DNA of 64,000 nucleotides from an uncultured Gammaproteobacteria bacterium (GCA_964459725.1 CAYWNT010000002.1:19719-83718), one strand, 5' to 3'; positions 54,498 through 64,000 are shown, counted from the stretch's first letter. Notes: generated by a model from the sequence alone, not told the origin. A program made the numbers and translations.

Positions 54498-55649
54498 ATG
54501 CAAGAAAAGAAGAAAAAAATACTATATTTAATTACCCAAGGAGAAATGGGCGGCGCTCAAGGATATGTTTTTGATCTAGCAAAGAACATGCAAGCAGATT
54601 ATGATGCTATCATTGCACTAGGAAAAAGTGATAAAAATAATGAAATCAAAAAAAGACTAGACAGCCATAAAATTTCATATTATGAACTATCTCATGTAAA
54701 ACGAGAAATCTCCCCGATCGATGATCTGCTGGCCATTTTTGAAATTCGAAATTTAATAAAAAAAATAAAACCAGACATTATTCATCTCAACAGCTCAAAG
54801 ATATCCATCCTTGGCCCTATTTCTTCAATTTTCACAAGTCCAAAAATCATATACACAGCTCATGGCTGGGTATTTAATGAACCACTACCAATCTGGAAAA
54901 AAATGTTTTATAAATACGCTGAAAAATTTACTGCCCCACTAAAAGACAAAATAATCTGTGTCAGCGAATTTGATTACAAAACAGCCATCCAAGAAAAAAT
55001 CTGCAGAAAAGAAAACTTAACAACAATTCACAACGGTATAAAAAATAGAAATCTTCAAACGAAAACAGAATCATTAAGCAAGTTACAGGCTACGGGTTGG
55101 GAGTTACGAGATAGTGATTTGATAATTGGATCCATTGGGCACCTTTACAAAACCAAGGGCTATAAATATCTGATAAGGGCTATTGATATAGTGGTAACTA
55201 AATACAAAAAAAATATAAGATTATTTATAATCGGAGAAGGAGACGAGAGAAAAGATTTGGAAAGAGAAATTAAAAAACTAAAACTAGAAAAAAATATTAT
55301 TCTCACTGGAACTGTTCAAAACGCCTCTCGTGTCTTACCGGCGTTTGACGCCTATGTCTGCTCTTCAGTAAAAGAAGGCTTCCCCTATTCCATAATCGAA
55401 GCCATGATGTCTGGCCTGCCTATCGTTTCTACCAACGTCGGAGGAATTAGTGAGCAAATTACAGACCAAAAATCAGGCATACTAGTTGAACCAAAAAACC
55501 CCGAGCAACTTGCCAGGGGTATTATAAAATTAATCGACGACAAAGATTTTAGAGAAAGACTGGGAGCAGAAGCTAAGAAAAAAGCTGAACACGAATTCAC
55601 TATTGAAAAAATGATTCAAAAAACAAAAGAAGTTTACGCCACTCTGTAA
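54498..55649 (+). CDS. GT4-family glycosyltransferase
   Basis: LITQGEMGGAQGYV and EGFPYSIIEAMMSGLPIVSTNVGGISE. 383 aa. Confidence 0.85.
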   Translation: MQEKKKKILYLITQGEMGGAQGYVFDLAKNMQADYDAIIALGKSDKNNEIKKRLDSHKISYYELSHVKREISPIDDLLAIFEIRNLIKKIKPDIIHLNSSKISILGPISSIFTSPKIIYTAHGWVFNEPLPIWKKMFYKYAEKFTAPLKDKIICVSEFDYKTAIQEKICRKENLTTIHNGIKNRNLQTKTESLSKLQATGWELRDSDLIIGSIGHLYKTKGYKYLIRAIDIVVTKYKKNIRLFIIGEGDERKDLEREIKKLKLEKNIILTGTVQNASRVLPAFDAYVCSSVKEGFPYSIIEAMMSGLPIVSTNVGGISEQITDQKSGILVEPKNPEQLARGIIKLIDDKDFRERLGAEAKKKAEHEFTIEKMIQKTKEVYATL

Positions 55650-55651
55650 AT

Positions 55652-56533
55652 TTATATCTCATCAAATACCCTGATCGCCTCATCAGGGCTTCCTAGAAAA
55701 TATCTCTTTCCATCTTCACCTACGTACCAAGCCTCACCATTTCTTTCTACTTGCAAAAGAATCTTACCTTTCTGATTATTAGCAAAATTCTCGTCATACT
55801 CTATCACTCCTTCGCCATTTGGATTATGGCCAAACAGGATCTCAGATTTATCATCATGGCCATCGTCATCTGTGTCTGCCTTTTCTTTATCAGTTGCCAA
55901 AGAATCTTCCAACTTGTCAGACAAGCCATCCTCGTCCTTGTCCTCACCTACAAAGTTTACCTCTGCCACAGGAATCTTCCATAGATTTACATTACTCACA
56001 CCCACACCGAGCTTCACAATCATGGACTTGATATGCAAACCAGTTTCCTCGATCTGCTTTTCATACTCTTCTAGAGCGGTTTTCTTCTCCCCTTCGGCCT
56101 TTTCCTTTTCTTCAAGGGCCGCTATCGCCTCCTCTGCTTTTTTTCTCAATTCTTCTGTTTTTAATTTCAGCTCCTCGCTCTTTTCGGTTAAATTTTGCTC
56201 TAGTTCTTTCATTTTCTCCTTTGAGTTAAGCAAATCTGAACTCACTTCACCCAGCTCCCCTTCTTTTTTAGAAAGTGTGTCCTTAGTTTCATTTAAATCC
56301 TTTTTAATAAGTACTGTCTGGGCAAGTATTTTTGTATTGGTGTCATAGGCCTTAACTATCAGTATAGTCATTACGATAAAAAGGATGGAAATAATAAAAT
56401 AAAAAAACCATCTCTGATATCTTCTTATTGAGATTTCTTCTTTTAACTGAATAGCATGTTCTATTTTTCCTCCGCAAAACATGCATGATACCGCGTCATC
56501 CGGTATCTGTTTTTTACAATTTATACAAATCAT
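55652..56533 (-). CDS. zinc-ribbon / TM / coiled-coil protein with an Asp-rich Ca-binding-like stretch
   Basis: MICINCKKQIPDDAVSCMFCGGKI, one TM helix, a long K/E coiled coil, DKDEDGLSD...DTDDDGHDD, and a C-terminal GKILLQVERNGEAWYVGEDGKRYFLG motif. Confidence 0.5.
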   Translation of the reverse strand: MICINCKKQIPDDAVSCMFCGGKIEHAIQLKEEISIRRYQRWFFYFIISILFIVMTILIVKAYDTNTKILAQTVLIKKDLNETKDTLSKKEGELGEVSSDLLNSKEKMKELEQNLTEKSEELKLKTEELRKKAEEAIAALEEKEKAEGEKKTALEEYEKQIEETGLHIKSMIVKLGVGVSNVNLWKIPVAEVNFVGEDKDEDGLSDKLEDSLATDKEKADTDDDGHDDKSEILFGHNPNGEGVIEYDENFANNQKGKILLQVERNGEAWYVGEDGKRYFLGSPDEAIRVFDEI

Positions 56534-56535
56534 AT

Positions 56536-57123
56536 CTATATTCCATAAGTTAATAAGCTAACTAAAGCAAATGCTATCGCCAAGTACAAAGTTCCATTAG
56601 CATAGGGAAAAAGAGTGGCCCAATCAAATATTATAGCCAATAAAAGAATTGCCACACCCAATACCTGTAAAATCATCTTAATCTTGCCCCAAATATTCGC
56701 CTGCACTTTATAGCCCAACTTGAGCCTAATCCAGGCTGTAATCACGATTACAATCTCGAGTCCAACAATTAGAAAGGAGGCCCAGGCATCAATATATTTA
56801 AAAACAATTATAAACACCATTCCCCCAACCAATACCTTGTCTGCGATAGGATCATAAATCTTGCCCCAATCTGTTATCTGATTTCTAGTTCGGGCTAATG
56901 ACCCATCAATTGCGTCAGTAAAAGCCACCAGCAAAAAAGCTATCAAGCCGATATAGTATTCGCCCAAATACAAAAGTGCCAAGACAAATGGCGTAGCGAT
57001 CAATCTAAAAACAGTGACATAGTTTGGATAAATCCACCCTGGGAAAAGCCTCAAAATTGTCTTTTCCATTACTTTGTCATGCCAAAATATTCTATCCGCT
57101 TGTTGAAAATCCTTTTTAAGCAT
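56536..57123 (-). CDS. CDP-alcohol phosphatidyltransferase-family protein
   Basis: DAIDGSLAR...G...DPIADK matches D(x)2DG(x)2AR...G(x)3D(x)3D. Confidence 0.8.
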   Translation of the reverse strand: MLKKDFQQADRIFWHDKVMEKTILRLFPGWIYPNYVTVFRLIATPFVLALLYLGEYYIGLIAFLLVAFTDAIDGSLARTRNQITDWGKIYDPIADKVLVGGMVFIIVFKYIDAWASFLIVGLEIVIVITAWIRLKLGYKVQANIWGKIKMILQVLGVAILLLAIIFDWATLFPYANGTLYLAIAFALVSLLTYGI

Positions 57124-57135
57124 ATAATAATTAAT

Positions 57136-59061
57136 ATGAAGATTTCAGAGAAAATATTAAAAAATATTCTCACTCTAATAGCGCTAATATCATTATGTGG
57201 TGGTGCTGTATACAAATTTTACTCCCTAAATATCAAGGGGGTTATTTTTGCTAGTTTAATTTCTATTGTCCTGTATTTTATTATACAATATTTAGCAAAG
57301 AAACACAATCAAAACAGCACAAAAGAAATATTTCTCACAAACAAAAAATCAATTTCAAATTTCAGCATCAGGAAAAATTTCACCATTATAAATTATTTGT
57401 TTTTTGTGGTTATAGCGTTTTTTATTCTAATAAAAAACACCACAGCCAGCTCCATAATTTCTCCATGGGAGATTGTAAGTGACCATTATTTTGTTGTTTA
57501 TTTTTTGGCCACCCTAGCCCTCCTGATACACATTACCAAAAATAATAATTTCACCTTACCACTACTTTCTATTCATTATCTTTTATCATTTTCTGTTGCC
57601 TTAATAATTTATAAAATAGGATATGGTTTTGACCCCTTTATTCATCAAGCTAGTGTTGACTATATAGATAAATTTGGAGAAATAACTCCCAAGCCCTTTT
57701 ATTATCTCGGGCAATATTCTCTAGTTGTGATTTTTCATAAAATTTTCCATATCCCCATTTCCATAATGGACAAACTGCTCGTTCCTCTAGCGGCAAGTAT
57801 TTTTCTACCGTTTTCAATACGCTTGGTTTTGAAAAAATGGTTCCAGAATAAAAAATTCATAAACCTAACCTTGTTATTTTTATTAATTTTTCCAGCGAGC
57901 TTCCTAATTGTTACTACACCTCAAAATCTTTCTTATATTTTTTTCCTTGTTGTGGTGGCCTTCGGAATAATTTGCAAGAATCCACACGACCTTTTACTGG
58001 TTTATCTTTTTAGTTTTACTACACTTGCGATTCATCCTATAGCTGGAATTCCTGCCATTCTCTACTCTCTCATGCTCACAGTTTATCACTCTGACATTCA
58101 TAAATATAAGAATATTATTTTTACACTTTTATTTCTCTTGTCTGTATTCGCTCTCCCCTTCGCTTTTTCGTTTATAAACTCAGCTAGCTCAGAAGCTCCG
58201 GGGGGCGGTGCAATCGATTTCGCACTACCTCAAATCGAAATACCACAAAAGGAAAATGCTCTTCTCAATTTCTCATATCTTTTTGGATTTAATTACTTGT
58301 ACCTATTTCTACTATTCATGATTGCTGGGATAATAATATTTTTCAAACACAAAAGAAAGAGTAAATCCTTCACCATACCAGGGATGATGTCTCTAGCTAT
58401 GATAGTGTCATTTTTTATCACTAGATCACTTCCGTTTCAATTCTTGATAGAATATGAAAGATCCAACTACTCTAATCGTCTCCTGATAATTTCAGCTATC
58501 TTCCTCCTACCATTCATACTATCCTCTCTTTATGGACTGATTATAAGAATATTCAAACAAGACAGATGGACAAAGAATATTATATTAATATTTCTAGCCA
58601 TACTTATCACTGTTTCTCATTATTTTTCCCATCCTCGCCATGACAACTATCATAACTCACACGGAATTTCAGTCGGAGAGTATGACAGACAAGCAGTGAG
58701 ATGGATAGAAGATGACAGCAAGGGTGACTATATAGTTTTGGCAAATCAGCAAGTTAGCGCTGCCTCTCTCAGAGAATTCGGATTTGCCAAGTACTATGAA
58801 ACGGATAGCGAGAAAATATTCTATTACCCAATCCCAACTGGCGGCCAACTATATAAGTACTATCTTGATATGGTATATGAATACCCATCAAAAAAAACCA
58901 TCACAGAAGCGATGGATAAAGTGGGGGTGGACACTGGTTATTTTGTGCTGAATAAATATTGGTGGGCGTATAAAAAAATCCTGGAAGAAGCTAAGCTAGA
59001 AGCGAACAGCTATGAAAAAATCGGCAACGGAGAAATCTACGTCTTTAAATATTTGAAATAA
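57136..59061 (+). CDS. large polytopic membrane protein (possible GT-C-like glycosyltransferase or polymerase)
   Basis: Start at the ATG at 57136 (MKISEKILKN). About 14 TM helices plus a soluble C-terminal domain. The glycan-cluster context is the only functional hint. Confidence 0.5.
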   Translation: MKISEKILKNILTLIALISLCGGAVYKFYSLNIKGVIFASLISIVLYFIIQYLAKKHNQNSTKEIFLTNKKSISNFSIRKNFTIINYLFFVVIAFFILIKNTTASSIISPWEIVSDHYFVVYFLATLALLIHITKNNNFTLPLLSIHYLLSFSVALIIYKIGYGFDPFIHQASVDYIDKFGEITPKPFYYLGQYSLVVIFHKIFHIPISIMDKLLVPLAASIFLPFSIRLVLKKWFQNKKFINLTLLFLLIFPASFLIVTTPQNLSYIFFLVVVAFGIICKNPHDLLLVYLFSFTTLAIHPIAGIPAILYSLMLTVYHSDIHKYKNIIFTLLFLLSVFALPFAFSFINSASSEAPGGGAIDFALPQIEIPQKENALLNFSYLFGFNYLYLFLLFMIAGIIIFFKHKRKSKSFTIPGMMSLAMIVSFFITRSLPFQFLIEYERSNYSNRLLIISAIFLLPFILSSLYGLIIRIFKQDRWTKNIILIFLAILITVSHYFSHPRHDNYHNSHGISVGEYDRQAVRWIEDDSKGDYIVLANQQVSAASLREFGFAKYYETDSEKIFYYPIPTGGQLYKYYLDMVYEYPSKKTITEAMDKVGVDTGYFVLNKYWWAYKKILEEAKLEANSYEKIGNGEIYVFKYLK

Positions 59062-59080
59062 TATTCAGCTATATTTTTCT

Positions 59081-59108
59081 AAAAAAACCGTTTTGAAACG
59101 GTTTTTTT
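59081..59108 (+). terminator. intrinsic terminator
   Basis: AAAAAAACCGTTT-TGA-AACGGTTTTTTT. Confidence 0.7.
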
Positions 59109-59179
59109 AATTTACTTATAATGTATATATAATTCTAACTTCATCTTATTTTTATATAATAAAAGTAATAAAAAGTAAG

Positions 59180-59695
59180 ATGAAAACAAGAAAAATCTAC
59201 AATTTATTAATCCCAATTATTATTTCAAGCTTTTTTTTGATGCCAGTAAAAGCTGCCAACACAGAACAGGACACGAGATATAGCTTGCCTTATTTAGAGA
59301 CTAGCGAAATATTAAAATTAATAAACACAGAAAGAGAGTTGCATCAACTCGCACCTCTAAAGTCAAACAAAATACTTACTGAAGCCGCCATGAATAAAAC
59401 AAACAGCATGGAGGTCGAGCAGTATTTTGCTCACTACAGCCCACAGAACAAAGGGTTAAAAGACTTAATGAAAGAGGTAGATTACATATATATGTACGCA
59501 GGTGAAAATCTGGCCATTAACTATTCTGACAACGAAGAGCTGGTAAGAGCCTGGCTAAACTCAGAATCACATAGATACAATATTCTATTTTCAGAATATG
59601 AAGAGATAGGAATTTATTTTAAAAAAATAAACCTAAACGGCATAAACCAAATTGTAGCAGTAACAATATTTGGCAAAAATCTTATAATTGAATAA
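59180..59695 (+). CDS. secreted CAP/SCP-domain (YkwD-like) protein
   Basis: Signal peptide, LINTERELHQLAPLKSN, AGENLA and WLNSESHRYNIL. Confidence 0.7.
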   Translation: MKTRKIYNLLIPIIISSFFLMPVKAANTEQDTRYSLPYLETSEILKLINTERELHQLAPLKSNKILTEAAMNKTNSMEVEQYFAHYSPQNKGLKDLMKEVDYIYMYAGENLAINYSDNEELVRAWLNSESHRYNILFSEYEEIGIYFKKINLNGINQIVAVTIFGKNLIIE

Positions 59696-59713
59696 TTAAC
59701 TAACTACTACAAA

Positions 59714-59745
59714 TAAAAAAAGCTGGAATTACTTCCAGCTTTTTA
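59714..59745. terminator. bidirectional terminator
   Basis: AAAAAAAGCTGGAA-TTAC-TTCCAGCTTTTT. Confidence 0.7.
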
Positions 59746-59762
59746 GAGAACATTGAAATGTT

Positions 59763-60749
59763 TTAGGATACTAATGCAGATACTGACCTATAAACGTCTC
59801 CACATAAATGATACAAGTGCGGTGATTCAATTTTAACATGTTTTTTAGAATTTTCATTTTCAAGTATTTTTAACACTTGTTTGCGGAGCTGATCTATTGC
59901 ATCAATAAATACAACTGTATATTGCCAACTATTAGTTTTTCTAGCAATTACACCTCGATCATTTATGATGACAACCAATTTGGTTTTAGGCCAAATTTCT
60001 CTTATTTTTGCAATAAGAGTGCCAGTATGAAACCATCCAAATCCGACTGCTTTTACCTGTATAGTGTTATTGGCCTGCTCTGTAATGCGACCAGTGCTTT
60101 TCGAAAGCTCTATTGAATTTCTCACTCTCTCAATACTTTCAATATTTGATCGCATAAAACTGATATCGTCACCACCTCCTCTTAATGCAAGAAAATCAGC
60201 AAGGGTGTTGACACCATCTCCTGTCTGGTCAGGATATGGATAAGCATAACCAATAACATTGGAAAGAAAATGGTTTATTGGCTTGGAATGGTGAGATAAT
60301 AAAACCCAGGACGCATCATGGTGCAGCTCACCTACAGAATTGTAGGCTCTGTGCTTTTTGTTTTCAATAAAAGCTCTTGAGAATAAATAATGCCTTATTG
60401 TGTAGGGCATAACAACAAAAATTCTTTCTGAAGCCTGAATTGCAGAAGTAAGTTCTTCCGCCCTCTGAAAATCACTAATTCCAGCGCTTCCTGGAGTGTA
60501 ATACTCATTACCAAGAAATAAATAATGTGTATGAGTGTTACTTTTTTCTTTCATGACACTCTCTGACAAAAACGCCAAAGTAGTTATCTGATTTGCCGGA
60601 GTCTTTTTTTCAGTAAAAGCGTCAATAATAATCATTAAATCAGGTTGAAAATTCTCTCCGATTCTGATCATCTGAACATATTGAGGGATCTGATCGATTC
60701 TCTTGCCACCCATTAAATAATAATACTCAAACACCTTTTCATCACTCAT
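59763..60749 (-). CDS. hypothetical protein (328 aa)
   Basis: The ATG at 60749 (MSDEKVFEYY) lies 8 nt after AAGGAGA. The track ORF starts at an upstream GTG (60842). No family recognised. Confidence 0.45.
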   Translation of the reverse strand: MSDEKVFEYYYLMGGKRIDQIPQYVQMIRIGENFQPDLMIIIDAFTEKKTPANQITTLAFLSESVMKEKSNTHTHYLFLGNEYYTPGSAGISDFQRAEELTSAIQASERIFVVMPYTIRHYLFSRAFIENKKHRAYNSVGELHHDASWVLLSHHSKPINHFLSNVIGYAYPYPDQTGDGVNTLADFLALRGGGDDISFMRSNIESIERVRNSIELSKSTGRITEQANNTIQVKAVGFGWFHTGTLIAKIREIWPKTKLVVIINDRGVIARKTNSWQYTVVFIDAIDQLRKQVLKILENENSKKHVKIESPHLYHLCGDVYRSVSALVS

Positions 60750-60903
60750 GTCTCTAATCTCCTTGTTTAAGGTTTTTGGCCCTTTTATATCGCTTTTTGA
60801 CGATATTGCCCTTTTTGAGGCTGGCCATGTTAAGGTGCACACTGATAAAATCAGTTTAAAAATTTAACATTATAAATTCAAATTGTCAAGCTATAAAAAC
60901 AAA

Positions 60904-62166
60904 CTACTTCTTATAAAGCGGATTCATACTTCTCAGTCTCTCCACGATCGCAGGTAAAACTTTTATCGCTTTTTTAATATCAGATCGTCTAGTTCCTTTG
61001 CCTAGTGTAAATCTGATTGAGTTGTGGGCGATCTCTTTTTTTATGCCCATAGCAAGGAGCACATGTGAAGCCTTGAGACTACCTGAGGCGCAAGCCGAGC
61101 CGGTTGATACTGCCACTCCCTCCATGTCCAGAGAAATCAAGAGGGACTCACCCTCTATTCCTAGGAATGTGAAATGGGCGTGACTAGGCGTGCTTACTTC
61201 TCTGTCAGTATTCAAAATAACATCTGATATATTCTTTTTTATCTCGCTAACTAGTAAATCTCTAAGTTTTGATATTTTCTCGTTGTTCGCCTTCTGAGTC
61301 TTGCTTTCCTCACCCTTTTCCTCTCTCGCGCCAAGCAGGCTAACTGCCTCTCCAAATCCGACAATCCCAGACACATTCAATGTGCCACTTCTAGCATTAC
61401 CCTCATGATGCCCACCTCTTTGCATGGCCATAAGAGGAATGTCCTCTTTTTTATAGAGAACTCCAACACCTTTTGGTCCATAAATCTTGTGTGAGGACAT
61501 AGAAAGCATATCGATATAGTTCCACTCCACATCACAGTTAAGAAAATTTGCCGCCTGAGTGGCATCAGTATGGAAATAAATTCTATCAGGCCGCTCACCT
61601 CTTTCCGAGTCTGACCTTTTCTTCCATTCATTTAATTTTTTCTCGTTTATTTTCCTGATTATCTTTCCAATCTCGCGAATTGGCTGAATAGCGCCTACTT
61701 CGCTATTTACGTACATTATTGAAACTAAAACTGTATTATCTTTGATTAATTTTTTAAACTTTTCAATATTAATCACACCTCTTTTGTCTACTGGTACATG
61801 CGACACTTCAACACCATCATATTCCATCTCCATAAAAGGCTCGAGGATGGCATCATGCTCAATTAGGGATGTGATTATATGAATTTTTTCTTTTCTTTTT
61901 TTTCTAATTGCTTTTATAACGCCTTTTACTGCCAGGTTATTCGACTCGGTCGCGCCGGAAGTAAAGATAATATTATTAGGATCTGAGTTCAAAAACTCAG
62001 CCACCTGCTCTCTGGCTCTATCTACCCCGGCAATCGCCTCCTGCCCGAATGAGTGAATAGATGAAGCATTACCATATTTCTCAGTAAAATAAGGAAGCAT
62101 GGCCTTCAGCACTTTTTTGTCTACCGGAGTTGTGGCGCTATGATCAAAGTATATTTTTTTTAACAT
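60904..62166 (-). CDS. cysteine desulfurase (NifS/IscS class)
   Basis: Start at MLKKIYFDHSATTP (62166). PLP-Lys motif SSHKIYGPKGVG. Active-site loop SGSACASG. Confidence 0.9.
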   Translation of the reverse strand: MLKKIYFDHSATTPVDKKVLKAMLPYFTEKYGNASSIHSFGQEAIAGVDRAREQVAEFLNSDPNNIIFTSGATESNNLAVKGVIKAIRKKRKEKIHIITSLIEHDAILEPFMEMEYDGVEVSHVPVDKRGVINIEKFKKLIKDNTVLVSIMYVNSEVGAIQPIREIGKIIRKINEKKLNEWKKRSDSERGERPDRIYFHTDATQAANFLNCDVEWNYIDMLSMSSHKIYGPKGVGVLYKKEDIPLMAMQRGGHHEGNARSGTLNVSGIVGFGEAVSLLGAREEKGEESKTQKANNEKISKLRDLLVSEIKKNISDVILNTDREVSTPSHAHFTFLGIEGESLLISLDMEGVAVSTGSACASGSLKASHVLLAMGIKKEIAHNSIRFTLGKGTRRSDIKKAIKVLPAIVERLRSMNPLYKK

Positions 62167-62208
62167 AAATATTAAATTTAAATCTCTCAATAATTATTGA
62201 ATTAAAAT

Positions 62209-62445
62209 TTACACCGCTATTACCTCTTTTACCTCTGGTACATCCTTTTTTATCTCAACTTCAATCCCCTGCTTGAGGGTTATCTGTGACATTGGACAAT
62301 GCGTACACATCCCCAGAAGTCTCACTTCCAGAACTCCAGTATCTTCGTTCCATTTCACAAACTCGACATCACCTCTATCCATTTGAAGAGAAGGACGTAC
62401 TTTGTCGAGTGATTTTTTTATTTTTTCTATTATTTCGTTTTCCAT
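62209..62445 (-). CDS. NifU C-terminal (Nfu-type) Fe-S assembly domain protein
   Basis: Start at MENEIIEKIK (62445). LQMDRGDVEFV...GMCTHCPMSQITLK (CxxC). Confidence 0.75.
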   Translation of the reverse strand: MENEIIEKIKKSLDKVRPSLQMDRGDVEFVKWNEDTGVLEVRLLGMCTHCPMSQITLKQGIEVEIKKDVPEVKEVIAV

Positions 62446-62461
62446 TTTTTTAAATTTAATA

Positions 62462-62833
62462 TTATTTATTTTTTTCTCTATATTTTTCAATTGCCTGATG
62501 CAGGGCATCGATCCCGAGCATTGAGCAATGGATTTTTGTATCTGGCAAACCACCCAGAGACTCTATGATGTCATTTTTTTTCATGGCCATTGCCTCATCT
62601 AACGTTTTCCCCTTAGCTAGCTCAGTTGCGGCTGAAGAAACAGCGATAGCTGCAGCGCAGCCCAGAGTTTCAAACTTGATATCATCTATCTTGTTATCCT
62701 TGACCTTGATATAAATCTTCATCACATCCCCGCAAGTCGGATTACCCTCTTCCCCGATCGCGTCAGCATCCTCAATCACTCCCTGATTACGAGGATTTTT
62801 AAAATGTTCTAATACTATATCTGTATATTGCAT
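62462..62833 (-). CDS. iscU: Fe-S cluster assembly scaffold IscU/NifU N-terminal type
   Basis: NPTCGDVMK, LGCAAAIAVSS and IHCSML (three conserved Cys). Confidence 0.9.
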   Translation of the reverse strand: MQYTDIVLEHFKNPRNQGVIEDADAIGEEGNPTCGDVMKIYIKVKDNKIDDIKFETLGCAAAIAVSSAATELAKGKTLDEAMAMKKNDIIESLGGLPDTKIHCSMLGIDALHQAIEKYREKNK

Positions 62834-62877
62834 ATGAATTTAGTCTATAAAGCTGAAAGTCGTAAAGTCTAAAGTTA
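62834..62877 (-). repeat. array of about 5 GACTTT-like units abutting the iscU start codon
   Basis: Minus strand: AACTTTA GACTTTAC GACTTTCA GCTTTATA GACTAAATTCAT ATG. Sister of the array at 36728-36770. Confidence 0.6.
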
Positions 62878-62911
62878 CAAACTAACAACTGTTAATAGCC
62901 ATAATTAGTAA

Positions 62912-63667
62912 TTAAAAAATAAAAACTTTTGTTCCTACTTCGGCCCAGTTATACATAAACTCGGCAGCTCCCACTCCAAGACGGATACAGCCATGAGATA
63001 CTGCTTTTCCTAAATGATCCTCTCCTTCCCTGTAGCCACTAGGCCAAACCGGCAACTCATGAATACCAAATCTGCCAGTCCCCAGCCCCATCCAGTACGG
63101 CATCCAGAGTCCGTAACTTGACCATGGTTTTAGGTGCTTATTAATAATCTCGAAATGCCCCTTTGGTGTTGGCATACTAGGTAATCCTGATGAAATTAGG
63201 AATTTCCCCATCCTAACACCCCCGAGAAAATAACTCATTTCCTGTTTGGCAATATCAATCTCAATCCTTTTTTCCAACCTCTTCTTTTCGCTACTTCTAG
63301 GATCGTAGCCATTCTCAACTTCCTCTCCATCAACAACACCATCTCCGTCAGTATCAGCGTCAGACAAATCAGTATGGAAATTGAGCTCCATCCTGTCGCT
63401 TAAACCATCTTGATCATAGTCATAGTCCTCCAGCTTAACTCCTTCAGGAGAATGAGGAGAGTATCCATTGTTAAGCTCCGTCCAATCACTATAGCCATCT
63501 CCATCTGTATCAGGATCTTCGGGATCAGTTTTGTAAATTTCGATCTCATCTACATCCGGGACATTATCTCCGTCAGTGTCAGCTAGTCCGTTTGCCTGAG
63601 AAAATAAAGGAAAAAATAAAAAAAAGACCCCAATGAATGTAAGTAATAATTTGTTTTTATATTTCAT
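62912..63667 (-). CDS. L,D-transpeptidase (YkuD) with N-terminal Asp-rich Ca-binding-like repeats
   Basis: HGCIRL catalytic motif. DTDGDNVPD and DTDGDGYSD repeats. Signal peptide. Confidence 0.85.
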   Translation of the reverse strand: MKYKNKLLLTFIGVFFLFFPLFSQANGLADTDGDNVPDVDEIEIYKTDPEDPDTDGDGYSDWTELNNGYSPHSPEGVKLEDYDYDQDGLSDRMELNFHTDLSDADTDGDGVVDGEEVENGYDPRSSEKKRLEKRIEIDIAKQEMSYFLGGVRMGKFLISSGLPSMPTPKGHFEIINKHLKPWSSYGLWMPYWMGLGTGRFGIHELPVWPSGYREGEDHLGKAVSHGCIRLGVGAAEFMYNWAEVGTKVFIF

Positions 63668-63671
63668 AAAT

Positions 63672-64000
63672 CTAAATCAAGTCACTTAGCTTTATTTTTT
63701 CCAAAGTATCTGTAATAGAATCCTGAACCTTATGGAGCACCTCCGTGACAGTGCAGTTACATTTGGAGCTGCAGAACTTCTTCTTGTCTCTTCCCACGCA
63801 GTAAAAAGGCACAATATCTCCCTCCAAGGCGTTCACAATATCAAAAACAGTAATCTTTTCTGCCTTTCTAGCAAGTAAATAACCCCCCGATATTCCCTTT
63901 TCTGATTTAACCAAATTCGCTTTCTTAAGTTTTGAAAAAATACGCTCCAAATACTTGGCTGAAATTTTTTCCTTTTTAGAAATAGAAGACAATGCAGTAA
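63672..64000 (-). CDS. Rrf2-family transcriptional regulator (IscR-like), 5'-truncated by the window edge
   Basis: ISAKYLERIFSKLKKANLVKSEKGISGGYLLA (wHTH). C-terminal Cys cluster FYCVGRDKKKFCSSKCNC. The frame stays open to position 64000. Confidence 0.8.
   Translation of the reverse strand, partial: TALSSISKKEKISAKYLERIFSKLKKANLVKSEKGISGGYLLARKAEKITVFDIVNALEGDIVPFYCVGRDKKKFCSSKCNCTVTEVLHKVQDSITDTLEKIKLSDLI

Noticed and set aside
1-64000. Alternative genetic code (UGA recoding, as in some CPR lineages).
   Set aside because: Conserved genes are full length under code 11. TGA is used as a real stop (for example the recJ stop overlapping the rnhA start as ATGA). RF1 with a normal PxT motif is present.

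Overview
A 64-kb, AT-rich chromosomal segment with small, tightly packed genes. Its content resembles a Patescibacteria/CPR (Parcubacteria-like) genome; that placement is inference from gene content only. The standard genetic code applies: housekeeping genes are full length and TGA acts as a stop, for example at the recJ/rnhA ATGA overlap.

I call about 65 CDS and 2 tRNAs. There is no rRNA, CRISPR array, transposase or integrase.

- Core genes: rpmE, prfA, prmC, rplY, a SEDS protein, rnhA, recJ, lepA, dtd, pilT, queH, a WecA-like transferase, a Clp/Hsp100 ATPase, rpmA, pyrG, an S41 protease, cvpA, metG, rsmI, parB, parA, a ZIP transporter, an Rrf2-iscU-nfu-cysteine desulfurase cluster, and a surface-glycan cluster at 50-59 kb.
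- Strand bias: 39 of 40 CDS between 4.8 and 48.7 kb are on the minus strand, and the run ends at parAB.

Most unusual observations:
1. A tRNA-Tyr(GTA) with a variable region of about 91 nt.
2. A block at 29.8-39.5 kb that looks more G+C-rich and uses strong Shine-Dalgarno sites. It encodes a 1016-aa Ig-like/CBM-like lipoprotein, a coiled-coil lytic transglycosylase, an acidic beta-helix-like protein, and a triple-repeat secreted protein with a Kazal-like domain.
3. A membrane-anchored, zinc-ribbon Clp ATPase with a degenerate first ATPase domain.
4. Paired AAAGTC repeat arrays directly upstream of cvpA and iscU.
5. An unexplained structured region of about 370 bp at 9.0-9.4 kb that ends in an intrinsic terminator.

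All family assignments come from motifs read by eye. No database search was run. Motif coordinates may be off by 1-2 nt.
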